Positions 9,576-18,615 of a stretch of DNA of 64,000 bases are shown piece by piece. Under the pieces are notes generated by a model, which was not told the DNA's origin, did no database searches, and was given only the letters and a program-made list of their open reading frames with translations. Position 1 is the stretch's first letter, and the number at the start of each line of letters is the position of its first letter. The translations under genes and the position numbers were made by a program. This stretch comes from an uncultured bacterium (GTDB lineage Bacteria > Fermentibacterota > Fermentibacteria > Fermentibacterales > JCC-6): the NCBI GenBank assembly GCA_964624405.1, contig CAZUXA010000013.1, positions 3,829 to 67,828 of the forward strand. Direction: 5' to 3'.

Positions 9576-10121
9576 ATGATGGCAGCAGCATTGCTACTGT
9601 ATCTTACGGGATGCAGCGCCACAACCCTCGCGGCTTTTCAGGGGCCGTCAAATTACGCCAAATCTCCGGTGTTCGACTCGAAACCAATGTGGCGTACAGC
9701 GGTCCTCCCGCCTTCTTCCACCCTTCCAAGCCTGACCCAGACCCAGGGACTGTACGACTACGCCGGTATGGCCCTGCTGCGCAGCGGTCGTTTCACCGTG
9801 GTGGACCGGTCTGCGGTTGATCAGATACTCAGAGAGCAGGAATTCTCCTATTCGGGGGTTGCCGACCAGGCCACCGCGGTTCAGCTGGGGCGTCTTCTGG
9901 GCGCCGAAGCGGTGATGATGATCAATGTCACAAGCGTCGCCCACGACAGTTTCTGGTCTGACAACCCTTCCCAGAGGGATGCGGAACTGCATGTAAAGAT
10001 CATTTCCGTTGAAACCTCGGAAATTCTCTACACCGCAGTTGGCCAGGGCTCCGACTTCGACGGCGCCGAGGGCGCTCTGAGATCCGCCCTGGAAGTGGCC
10101 CTCATGGGCATCAACCGATAG
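9576..10121 (+). CDS. CsgG-like outer-membrane lipoprotein (short form)
   Basis: Lipobox LYLTGCS. Motif GRFTVVDRSAVDQILREQEFSYSGVAD...LGRLLGAEAVMMINV resembles the CsgG / COG1462 alpha-beta domain. The ORF-track N-terminal extension (9081-) overlaps the opposite-strand formyltransferase and was rejected. Confidence 0.55.
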   Translation: MMAAALLLYLTGCSATTLAAFQGPSNYAKSPVFDSKPMWRTAVLPPSSTLPSLTQTQGLYDYAGMALLRSGRFTVVDRSAVDQILREQEFSYSGVADQATAVQLGRLLGAEAVMMINVTSVAHDSFWSDNPSQRDAELHVKIISVETSEILYTAVGQGSDFDGAEGALRSALEVALMGINR

Positions 10122-10130
10122 GGGTTCCTG

Positions 10131-11090
10131 ATGAACAAATGCTTTGCGTTTGCTGCTTCACTGCTTCTTGCCGTAGCTTGCGGAACCACGGTTGGCAGCG
10201 GTTCCGCCCTGGTTACCACATCCTCCCCCGCCCCCCGGACAGCATCCCCCATTACTGCCCTGGAAGAAATTCTTTTCTCAGGTCCTCCCCCCGCGACAAG
10301 CCTTGCGGGCAGTGTGACCGAATCCTTCAGCCATGGCCATGTTGACTGGTCGGGGAACTCCGTCAGAGCCACAGGCACCGGTGTGATGGATCCGAACAAC
10401 CCCAACCGGGCCCAGGCCCGGCTGATGGCGGAAAGGGCTGCGGTAGTGGTTGCCCAGAGAAACCTGCTGGAAATCACCGAAGGCGTGAGGGTGGATTCGG
10501 AAACCCGGGTGGTGAACTTCATGACAGATTACGATGTGGTTCACACCAGAGTGCAGGGAATGGTGCGCAATGCCAGGCAGACCGGTCCCGCTACTATCGA
10601 TGATGAAGCGGGAATCGTGGAAGTTGAACTGGAGATGGATATCTACAGCCCCCAGGGGCTTTCCGGCGCTCTCAGCGCCGCCCTGGCAGCCCCCCAGACA
10701 AGCCCGGAATCACTCACCCCGCAAGTGAGGGATTTTCTTCAGCAGTACTCGGGGCTGGTGATCGATGGCGGCGAATCGGGTCTGACACCGTCCATGTTTC
10801 CCAGAATCTTCGACGAGCATGGCAACCTTCTGCTGGACACCAGACAGTACGCCTCCTACATGGGGGCCGCCGGGGGCATCGGTATGCAGTTCATCTCCGA
10901 CCTCGAGGGAATACTGGATGCCACCGGGCTCGCCTCCTCTCCTCTGGTGCTGCAGGCGGTACAGGCAGCCGGATCATTTGGCAGCGACATAATACTCTCC
11001 GGTGCCGAGGCAGGTGGCGGCAACATTTTGAAACAGGCCCTTCCCCATCTGCTCAACGCAGGGCGATTCCTGCTCCGGGTTATACTGTGA
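10131..11090 (+). CDS. lipoprotein with LPP20/FlgP-like domain and Ala/Gly-rich C-terminal region
   Basis: Lipobox LLLAVACGTT. Region ATGTGVMDPNNPNRAQARLMAERAAVVVAQRNLLEITEGVRVDSETRVVNF fits the LPP20 lipoprotein fold. Starts 10 nt after the previous gene. Confidence 0.5.
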   Translation: MNKCFAFAASLLLAVACGTTVGSGSALVTTSSPAPRTASPITALEEILFSGPPPATSLAGSVTESFSHGHVDWSGNSVRATGTGVMDPNNPNRAQARLMAERAAVVVAQRNLLEITEGVRVDSETRVVNFMTDYDVVHTRVQGMVRNARQTGPATIDDEAGIVEVELEMDIYSPQGLSGALSAALAAPQTSPESLTPQVRDFLQQYSGLVIDGGESGLTPSMFPRIFDEHGNLLLDTRQYASYMGAAGGIGMQFISDLEGILDATGLASSPLVLQAVQAAGSFGSDIILSGAEAGGGNILKQALPHLLNAGRFLLRVIL

Positions 11091-12259
11091 GAACCCCGGC
11101 AGTAACCCTGGCGGCGCTGTTCTGCGCGCTTCTCGCCGGCTGTGCCCAGCAGGTAGTCGTTCCCGGCCCATCCACTCCCCCACCGACGGTATCCGCCGCC
11201 GCGGGGGAGACCGAAGTTCTGGCGGAGGGTGTATCGGCGTTTTCCGGCGGATGGGACACCACCCGTGACCATGCCCTGAGCGATGCCCTGAGAAAGGCTG
11301 TCGAACAGGGAGTCGGGGTGTTCATCGACTCGGAAACCCGGGTTCAGAACTTTCAGCTTCTCTCCGACAGGATTTACAGCAGAGCCCGGGGCTATGTGTC
11401 GAGCTACAGAATCATTCACGAAGAGCAGTCATCAGACATGTACCGGGTGGTGGTCCGGGCGTTGGTTAACAGCGAAGGAATCGAAAACGATCTTGCTGCC
11501 ATCGGTCTTTTGCTGTCGGAACAGGGCAGACCCCGGGTGATGGTTGTGGTTCGGGAAATGGAGAGTACCACCTCCCTTTCCGCGGCAAACGCAGGCGCAC
11601 TGGGATCAATGTTCGAAACCCAGCTTCTTGAAGGCTTTCGACGAAAGGGCTTCCCTGTGGTCGACGCCGCGACCACGGCCAGGGTTCTGGAGCGGGACCA
11701 ACTGCTTCTGATTCTTGAAGGGGACGAGCGCACCGCTGCGCTGGTTGGTCTTGAAGCCGGAGCGGAAATCATTGTCTCAGGTACCGCGCTGAGAAGCAGG
11801 GAATCCCGATCCATTGCCGGCTCTCCCCGGGAGATTCACATTTTTCAGGTTAACAGCCGAGCCATCAACACCCGTACAGCGGCGGTTCTGGCGGCTTCCG
11901 CCACCACCACCGAGGTCCCCTTCAGCGAAAGCCAGGCCCGTTCCCAGGCATCGGAAAAGACCGCGGACCAGCTGATCACTTCGATTCTCGACGGATGGGC
12001 AGCGGGGGAGAACATCACGGTGATAGTGGCGACAAATGCGGATTTTCAGAAGCTCAGTGAACTGAGATCCAGAATCCGAACAGGCATAAGAGGCGTAAGG
12101 GATGTTGTCACCCGGGATTTCACCGGTTCAAGGGCCACCCTGGAGGTAGTTTCGGAAACCTCCACCCGGGAGGTCATCGAAGGGCTGACGGAGCTGGGAG
12201 GTGGCTTCACCGTCACCGGCCTTGCCGGCAACCGCATGGAGATTCGTTTCACCGACTGA
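11087..12259 (+). CDS. lipoprotein with LPP20-like N-domain plus CsgG-like internal domain
   Basis: Lipobox LLAGCAQQ. LPP20-like block (FSGGWDTTRDHALSDALRKAVEQGVGVFIDSETRVQNF), then GFPVVDAATTARVLERDQLLLILEGDERTAALVGLEAGAEIIVSG (CsgG-like). 4-nt overlap with the preceding gene. Confidence 0.45.
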   Translation: MRTPAVTLAALFCALLAGCAQQVVVPGPSTPPPTVSAAAGETEVLAEGVSAFSGGWDTTRDHALSDALRKAVEQGVGVFIDSETRVQNFQLLSDRIYSRARGYVSSYRIIHEEQSSDMYRVVVRALVNSEGIENDLAAIGLLLSEQGRPRVMVVVREMESTTSLSAANAGALGSMFETQLLEGFRRKGFPVVDAATTARVLERDQLLLILEGDERTAALVGLEAGAEIIVSGTALRSRESRSIAGSPREIHIFQVNSRAINTRTAAVLAASATTTEVPFSESQARSQASEKTADQLITSILDGWAAGENITVIVATNADFQKLSELRSRIRTGIRGVRDVVTRDFTGSRATLEVVSETSTREVIEGLTELGGGFTVTGLAGNRMEIRFTD

Positions 12260-12293
12260 CCCGCCCCACTGACCGCCCGAAGAACTGGGGTAC

Positions 12294-13550
12294 CTAAAGT
12301 ACTCCCGCAGTGAAGGATGTGAGCTGGCCCAGCCTGTGGGTGTAGCTTCCCATCTCGTTGTCGTACCAGCCGAACACCTTCACATGGGTCACGGGGATGC
12401 GGCAGGTGCGGGTGCTTTCTTCTGAAGCGCCTTCGTTCCGGCGTTCGCCGTCGGACTCGCCCGGAATCTCAACATCCACGAACCCTGTTCTGGTGTGGGT
12501 TTCCACAGACTCTATCACAACCGCCGCGTCCTCACCCCTTATGTCCGCCGAGACATTCTGCTCTTCACTGTATTTCACCAGCCCCGCCGCCTCTCCCTCA
12601 GCGGCCTGACGATAGATGCCGTTGATGGATTCCCGGTCGATGAGGGGGGCGCCGTCCGGTGTCATTCCGGACTGGAATGTAACATTCAGGATAATCAGGC
12701 TTACGGTGGATGTGGGAATCCGAACCGAATCGGCCATGAAACCGATTCTGGCCACTTCGGGCATCACCTGCTCCAGGGCTCTTGCAGCGCCTGTTGAGGT
12801 CAGGACTATGCTGGCTGTTCCGGAGCGGTTCTTGCGAAGATCTTTGGCCCCTGTTCCCGGAACGCTGTCCAGAACAGGCTGGCTCGGAGTAAGGGCGTGA
12901 ATGGTGCTCATGCCAGCGGTGATCATCCGCCGGGTCAGGTCACGATCCAGCAGGGGGCGCATCATGTGAGCCAGGGCGGTGGTGGTGCATGAACCGGCGG
13001 ACAGTACCACATGGCGTCCGGGCTCAAACCGGTAGTGATTGATGCCGTAAATCATCATGAGGCTGTCTTCAGGGTCCGGAATGTTCTTCAAACGGCTCTT
13101 GAAGGGAGCGCTCAGGATCACCACCCTCGCGCCGGCGGCAAGGTGGCCCCTCAAGGAGCCGCCAGGGGCATCGGGTTCGTCATGGGGGTCGACGAATCTG
13201 CCGGTGCAGTCCACCACCACCCCCACCCCGCTGTCACGCCACGGAATATCTCTGGGATTCCTGGCCTCCCGAAGCACCTGTACCTCCCGGCCGTTCACAA
13301 GAAGAAGCCCCTCTTTTTCGTTCAACACCCTGCAGTCCGGTTTTGCCTTGTGTCCGTGAAGCCAATGGTGTAGAAGACCGTAGGTGCTGTCCCGGGTTAT
13401 GTAGTGAAGAAAGGACTCGACCGAGGTTCCAACCTCCCGGCCTGTGTTCACCACAAAACGCTGAAAATCATCGTTGCCGAGATGATGCCATAGCGTGAGT
13501 TTTCCGATTCTCCCCAGCCCGTTGATCCCGAGAGCGCGCTGCGTTCCCAT
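12294..13550 (-). CDS. glyceraldehyde-3-phosphate dehydrogenase family protein (long paralog, 418 aa)
   Basis: INGLGRIGK NAD-binding motif, catalytic SAGSCTTTALA (SCTT), STIHALT. About 80 extra residues relative to canonical GapA. Confidence 0.75.
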   Translation of the reverse strand: MGTQRALGINGLGRIGKLTLWHHLGNDDFQRFVVNTGREVGTSVESFLHYITRDSTYGLLHHWLHGHKAKPDCRVLNEKEGLLLVNGREVQVLREARNPRDIPWRDSGVGVVVDCTGRFVDPHDEPDAPGGSLRGHLAAGARVVILSAPFKSRLKNIPDPEDSLMMIYGINHYRFEPGRHVVLSAGSCTTTALAHMMRPLLDRDLTRRMITAGMSTIHALTPSQPVLDSVPGTGAKDLRKNRSGTASIVLTSTGAARALEQVMPEVARIGFMADSVRIPTSTVSLIILNVTFQSGMTPDGAPLIDRESINGIYRQAAEGEAAGLVKYSEEQNVSADIRGEDAAVVIESVETHTRTGFVDVEIPGESDGERRNEGASEESTRTCRIPVTHVKVFGWYDNEMGSYTHRLGQLTSFTAGVL

Positions 13551-13573
13551 TCCACAATCCTCCCAGCTTTAAA

Positions 13574-16500
13574 TCATGGTTGCGTAATCGTTTCCAGTCT
13601 ACCCAGAAAGATGCGTCCGGTTCGGCCGTCAATGCTTATCCATTCCCCGGTACCGAGTTCATTTCCGGAAATTCGGGCCATTCCCTGGTGCTCCAGGACT
13701 TCCAGCTGATTGCAGTCCACCACCGCGGTTTTCCCAAGCCGTTTGGCTGTGACCGCAGCGTGGGAGGTGGAGCCTCCCCGGGCGGTGAGAATGCCCTGAA
13801 CCCTGGTTATCATGGCAATGTCTTCCGGAACAGTATCCGGGCGGAGAAGAACGATGTTCTCGTCCGGGCACTCTTCAAGCAGGGCATCGATCTGCTCCTG
13901 GTTCACAGCCACCCTTCCGGAGTAGGCACCGCCCGCCACCCCGATGCCCACCGCCACCGGCTCGAGTGAGCCTTCCAGCATGTGGCGGAAAACCTGAACA
14001 TCGCTGGTGCTTTCAGCCACCATCACCCGCTTCTGCAGAATGAATAGATCATCCGCGGAGGGCGACTCAAAGGTGAACTCAATCTCCTGGGGGTCGTAAT
14101 CCCGGGAGGCAAGATCATCAGCCACCGCCAGCAGCGCACCGTATACTTCCGGGTAGTTCTTTTCCAGAGACCCATCGATATGGGAGTATGTGGGATTGCT
14201 CTTTCTCTGGGCCTCGGAGATGGGCGAAGGAAACACCAGCCCTCCCACCAGATCCTCACCCTGGCTGCATACGGTGAAATCGCCGAAAAGCCTTACCTGC
14301 CGACTGTAGGGCTCCCTGGGGTTCCGGGTGAATGTAACTCCGGAGCCGGAGTGCCGGTCCCGGTTTCCGTACACCATCCGTTGAACTACCACCGCTGTTC
14401 CCCATTCTTCGGCAATTCCCACATAACTGCGATAGTAGCTGGCGTGGTGTGAATTCCACGAGTCAAGAACCCTCTGGACACAAGCGATAACCTGTTCGAA
14501 CGGATCGTCGATGAACCTTACGCCCAGTTCCTCAGCCCTTCGTCGATACTTCAGCGCCATTTCCCTCATCTGCTCCGGGGTGAACTCCAGTTTCAGGGTA
14601 ACCCCGAACCGGGCTTTAAACTCTTTCATGATGCCGTCAAAGACATCTCTTGCGACCCCGGAAGACATGGCCCATATCTGGATGAATCGCCGGTAGGAAT
14701 CCCATACCGTCCAGCTCCGGTCTTCCCGTTGCGACAGCTTTTCCGCCAGCTCGTCGTTGAGGCCAACATTCACGAAGGTTGTCATCAACCCCGGCATGGA
14801 GAAGGCCGCTCCGGAACGGATGGCCAGCATCAGGGGACGCTCCGGGTTGCCCAGCTGAAGCCCGGTTCTTTCCTCGAGCCGTTCCACCGCCCGGCGAATT
14901 CTTGCCAGAGTGTCATTGTAAAGGGGCGCGTATGTCATGGCGGGCAGGGCGGCGAACAGTTCCGTTGTAATTATGAAGCAGTCCGGCACATTGTGGCCGT
15001 GCATGGCAATGTGTTTCAGCCCCAGACCCTTGTGGCCCAGAGTCATCTGGTCGTCGGTGTTGGGAAGCTTTTCCCCAAGGTGTGAGATCAGGCAGTCGGC
15101 ATCGTAGTTCATCATCCGGGTAAGGGCCTCGGGGCTCAACTCTCCGGTGAGCTCGGAGATGAGACGATACCTGTCGCCCACATACCGGTCCAGGGTCTGA
15201 AGACCCAGGGCCGACACCAGAACCTCCCGAAGAACCATTTCCGATACCGCGTCGATGCACAGCCCTCTCAGCGCACACTGTCGGGGGTCGTGTTCCAGCA
15301 CCGTGCGCAGAATCCGGTCGTGGCTCAAGATGGAGGCCCGCGACAGCTCGGTTACGCTCTGGGCAAGAAACTGGAAGATGTTCCGGTACTGGTTGAAAGT
15401 GATGTTATGCCATGCGAAACTGGCTTCCAGCATGCGAATATTCGATGATAGTGACCTGGGATTGACGCCGTCCAGGGCCAAGGCTCTCTCAAAGCGTTGA
15501 AGCTCTGCGGCAACCCTCTTCAATGAGGAACGGTTCATGAAAGGGGAATCGGGACCCGACGCAACATCCTCGAAAAGCGTTCCTACAAGCCCTTCGATAC
15601 GAAATGAAAGCCCCAGGGCGTCAAACTTGGGTTCGGAGTAATCGCCGTACATGGACGGAATCCCAGCGGCGATATGGCGCTTGTGGTAGATGTTCTCCAC
15701 ACCCTCGGAATGGGCTGGGTCCAGAATAATCTCCTTCAGCCTTTCAAGAACCGTCAATGAGGCATCCAGCAGCGCATCCCTTCGGGGCTGATCAGGGTGT
15801 CTGGCCCAGGCGGCCAGGGTGCCGGTGAAATTCTCTCTGGTGACGGAATCAAGGGCCAGACAACCCCCGACCAGATCATCCAGAGAGTCGGCGGAAGGAG
15901 TGTACTTCCTCACAAGCAGTTGATTCAGCCTGACCATGAGGGCAACCCTGTTGCTGTTGAACCCCGGGTTTCCCGGTGCTTCTCCGGAGGATGTTTCAAA
16001 CTCCTCCTGCTTCATGGACAGTACACGGACCGCAAGATCCTCAGAGGTCTCCCCCCTTCGCTTCAGGGCTGAGATAACGCCGTGGGGGCCCTCCGCCCAC
16101 TGTCTTTCCATCCGGACATCCGCCAGTACATTCGGCGAAAGGAAGGGCTCGAGACAGGATGTATCCAGGGTTGTCCAGTAGAGAATCACCGCCCCGCAGA
16201 AGGCGACTATGCGGTTCGAGGCCTCAGCATGAACCTGCTTTCTGAGAAAGTGCATCAGTGAATCGTGCCTGTGGCAGAGTTCGTCGATCCGGGTGGAAAC
16301 CGAGCGAAGCTCCCCTTCCGCCCCCACCTCGTTGAAATAGACGGGAAAAGTTCGGAGAAGCTGCTTGGCTACAAAGTAGATCGGGCTGATGTCCGCGTTG
16401 AGGAAACGGGTTATGTCCCGCTGAAACAGGTCTGTATCAGCAATGTAAACACCGCCCAGACGGAGTTGAACATTCAGGGCGGCTGCCAGTTTCTCGTACA

Positions 16501-17704
16501 GTGCAGGATTTGATTCGATGATGCGCATCCAGCATCGTATCTTGGGAAGGTGAAAAGGGTTGACCACGGTTTCCCAGTCGTCGGTGGCGCCCCGGATGTC
16601 AGGGTACTGGAAGTTCCAGTAGAGGATGTCTTCGATGAGGTGGTCGGCGGCCCTGGCGTTACCTGCGATGCCGATGGCGGTCCCGATGGACTCGTAACAC
16701 TGAAACCTGGTGAAAAGAAAGGCAGCGGAACGGTTCCGGAAGAAGCGGGTAAGGCTGCTGAGAACCCTCTCCACATCGTATTTTCTAACTGGTTCCATCA
16801 TGATCCGAACCACTCCCAGCAGATCCGACATTACTTCGTTCTGCCGGTTGCCCAGAGTGTCGTCCTTTAGAAAATACAGGCATACAAGGAACCTGTCCTC
16901 CAGGTTCTTTACCCGGAACACCCCGGCGATGCTCCGGTCAATCAACTGAGAAAATGTGGGGAACTCATCGGATAGCAGTTCAGCAGGATCGGCTTTGCCT
17001 GCGGCTTCAGCCAGTTTCTCCATCCGGCTTCCGGTCAGAAAAGAAAACCCTTCGACAACCTCCCCGGGGCGATTGAGTTCGGTGTCAGGCTGATGGCACC
17101 ATTCCACGATTTTCAGCCTGTCCATTACAATCCCGTAGCCGGAGACCAGCACCATCCGGTAAAGCTCCAGGGCAGCTTCGGACAGGTAAGGGTCTGCCGC
17201 AGCCTTGTTGATCATCTCCCTGAGAAGAGAATCCCTCTCCAGAAGGGAAAGCGGCTCACGTCCCGCGGTGTCCGTCAGCGTACCCAGGAGAGCGAGTATG
17301 GCTTCCCGGTATTCATGGGAATGCCGGCTCGAGAGGCATGTTCCGACCCACATGAATAGCTGTCTCAGTAGCGAGGAGGTTTGCTCCCGGGTCAGCGGTT
17401 GCCGCAGAAGCTCCATAAGAAGCTCCGCAAGCAGGGCAAAGAGAAGCCCCCTGTTGGCTGAGCCCTCAAAATACATCCAGTTTCTAAGCAGTACGGTCTG
17501 AAAGCCCTCGATCACCGCTTCGATGTTCCGATACTCGTGAAAAAACTCCTGCAGGGTTTCCAGAAGCCGCATGCGAACGCCGTACAGGCCCTCTACCGCC
17601 TGAACCAGAGGCGCGTACCGATCAGGAATCTCAACCCTGCGGGTGGTGCCGTCGATGTTGGCCCTCAGGGCATCGGAATCAACCGGCATCTCCCTGGAAA
17701 GCAT
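13574..17704 (-). CDS. PEP-utilising enzyme (pyruvate phosphate dikinase N-domain plus phospho-His swivel domain) with ~750-aa N-terminal extension
   Basis: ATP-grasp PPDK_N motifs (LAIRSGAAFSMPGLMTTFVNVGLN). C-terminal PEP-utilisers mobile domain (RGGSTSHAAVTAKRLGKTAVVDC). No TIM-barrel PEP/pyruvate domain. The N-terminal 750 aa is unrecognised. Confidence 0.7.
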   Translation of the reverse strand: MLSREMPVDSDALRANIDGTTRRVEIPDRYAPLVQAVEGLYGVRMRLLETLQEFFHEYRNIEAVIEGFQTVLLRNWMYFEGSANRGLLFALLAELLMELLRQPLTREQTSSLLRQLFMWVGTCLSSRHSHEYREAILALLGTLTDTAGREPLSLLERDSLLREMINKAAADPYLSEAALELYRMVLVSGYGIVMDRLKIVEWCHQPDTELNRPGEVVEGFSFLTGSRMEKLAEAAGKADPAELLSDEFPTFSQLIDRSIAGVFRVKNLEDRFLVCLYFLKDDTLGNRQNEVMSDLLGVVRIMMEPVRKYDVERVLSSLTRFFRNRSAAFLFTRFQCYESIGTAIGIAGNARAADHLIEDILYWNFQYPDIRGATDDWETVVNPFHLPKIRCWMRIIESNPALYEKLAAALNVQLRLGGVYIADTDLFQRDITRFLNADISPIYFVAKQLLRTFPVYFNEVGAEGELRSVSTRIDELCHRHDSLMHFLRKQVHAEASNRIVAFCGAVILYWTTLDTSCLEPFLSPNVLADVRMERQWAEGPHGVISALKRRGETSEDLAVRVLSMKQEEFETSSGEAPGNPGFNSNRVALMVRLNQLLVRKYTPSADSLDDLVGGCLALDSVTRENFTGTLAAWARHPDQPRRDALLDASLTVLERLKEIILDPAHSEGVENIYHKRHIAAGIPSMYGDYSEPKFDALGLSFRIEGLVGTLFEDVASGPDSPFMNRSSLKRVAAELQRFERALALDGVNPRSLSSNIRMLEASFAWHNITFNQYRNIFQFLAQSVTELSRASILSHDRILRTVLEHDPRQCALRGLCIDAVSEMVLREVLVSALGLQTLDRYVGDRYRLISELTGELSPEALTRMMNYDADCLISHLGEKLPNTDDQMTLGHKGLGLKHIAMHGHNVPDCFIITTELFAALPAMTYAPLYNDTLARIRRAVERLEERTGLQLGNPERPLMLAIRSGAAFSMPGLMTTFVNVGLNDELAEKLSQREDRSWTVWDSYRRFIQIWAMSSGVARDVFDGIMKEFKARFGVTLKLEFTPEQMREMALKYRRRAEELGVRFIDDPFEQVIACVQRVLDSWNSHHASYYRSYVGIAEEWGTAVVVQRMVYGNRDRHSGSGVTFTRNPREPYSRQVRLFGDFTVCSQGEDLVGGLVFPSPISEAQRKSNPTYSHIDGSLEKNYPEVYGALLAVADDLASRDYDPQEIEFTFESPSADDLFILQKRVMVAESTSDVQVFRHMLEGSLEPVAVGIGVAGGAYSGRVAVNQEQIDALLEECPDENIVLLRPDTVPEDIAMITRVQGILTARGGSTSHAAVTAKRLGKTAVVDCNQLEVLEHQGMARISGNELGTGEWISIDGRTGRIFLGRLETITQP

Positions 17705-17925
17705 GACTCACCCCCACGGAAAGCGGGCAAGACGGAAAATCAGCCAGGCCGCAACCTTCCGAAACGCCTTTGAAGGGCGATGAAATCTCATGAATAATCA
17801 TCGGATATGATAAGCCTTTCCAACAGTCGGGGCAAATCTTCGGCCAGGCGGGGTCAACCGTTTTGCGCGGTGACAGGCGGTTTGACATGAAGTGGAACCC
17901 GGTTGCATATTGATTTTTTGTTGAA

Positions 17926-17934
17926 TGTTATAAC
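17926..17934 (+). promoter_or_regulatory. extended -10-like element TGTTATAAC in an AT-rich region upstream of the 17955 gene
   Basis: TGnTATAAC 21 nt upstream of a GGGAGGG RBS and the ATG at 17955. No well-spaced -35. Confidence 0.3.
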
Positions 17935-17954
17935 CATAGTGGGGAGGGTGACTC

Positions 17955-18599
17955 ATGTTAATTACTTGCGGTATGATGCTTATTGTTTCGGCAACCACCG
18001 CAACAGGGGCTTTCCTTGACGGCTGCCCTGTTTCCCCAGCTGATTCCGGAGTACTCTGCCTGGAGTACTCACGACAAGACGACATCAATATCGATGTGGT
18101 GGGCAACGCCAGTATGTCATCCACAGGAACGGGCATGGCAAAGGGCAATTCCTATCAGGTCGACATCGATGTGGTTCTTCTGGAAGCCGAGTTCTGGCTC
18201 AGCTTCACTTCCACCCAGACCCTCACCTACTATGTCTATGTCTGCCCCCAGGAGTTCGGCACCTACACCGAAGTCCACCGGCATTCGGAAACGGTTACCG
18301 GAAGCGGGGCGGCCTGGTACTCCAGCGGGTCTCTGTTCGTTCCGATGGAAGCGGGATATCATTACATCATCCTGATATCCTGGAATGGCAATACAACCTA
18401 CTACTACGGCTCGGGAGACTCACAACCCACATCCTTCGGGTACCATACCCACGGCTACGCGCCCGGATATGATCCCATGCCCGAAAGCTTTCAAAGCCTC
18501 AGCAACGATCAGGCGATCTACTACCAGAGGCTTACCACCTCCCAGGGAACCCCTCTGTCAAGACACACCTGGGGAGCCGTCAAGAACCTGTTCGATTAA
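17955..18599 (+). CDS. hypothetical secreted Tyr/Gly/Ser-rich protein
   Basis: Hydrophobic N-terminus. Low-complexity region TTYYYGSGDSQPTSFGYHTHGYAPGYDP. No family recognised. Confidence 0.4.
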   Translation: MLITCGMMLIVSATTATGAFLDGCPVSPADSGVLCLEYSRQDDINIDVVGNASMSSTGTGMAKGNSYQVDIDVVLLEAEFWLSFTSTQTLTYYVYVCPQEFGTYTEVHRHSETVTGSGAAWYSSGSLFVPMEAGYHYIILISWNGNTTYYYGSGDSQPTSFGYHTHGYAPGYDPMPESFQSLSNDQAIYYQRLTTSQGTPLSRHTWGAVKNLFD

Positions 18600-18615
18600 C
18601 ACCGGCCCCGGAGCC

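Noticed and set aside
17892-17907. sigma54-like -24/-12 element TGGAAC-CCGGT-TGCAT upstream of the 17955 gene
   Set aside because: GG and GC are separated by 9 nt, not the obligatory 10 nt, and the -24 hexamer deviates (TGGAAC vs TGGCAC). Treated as chance.
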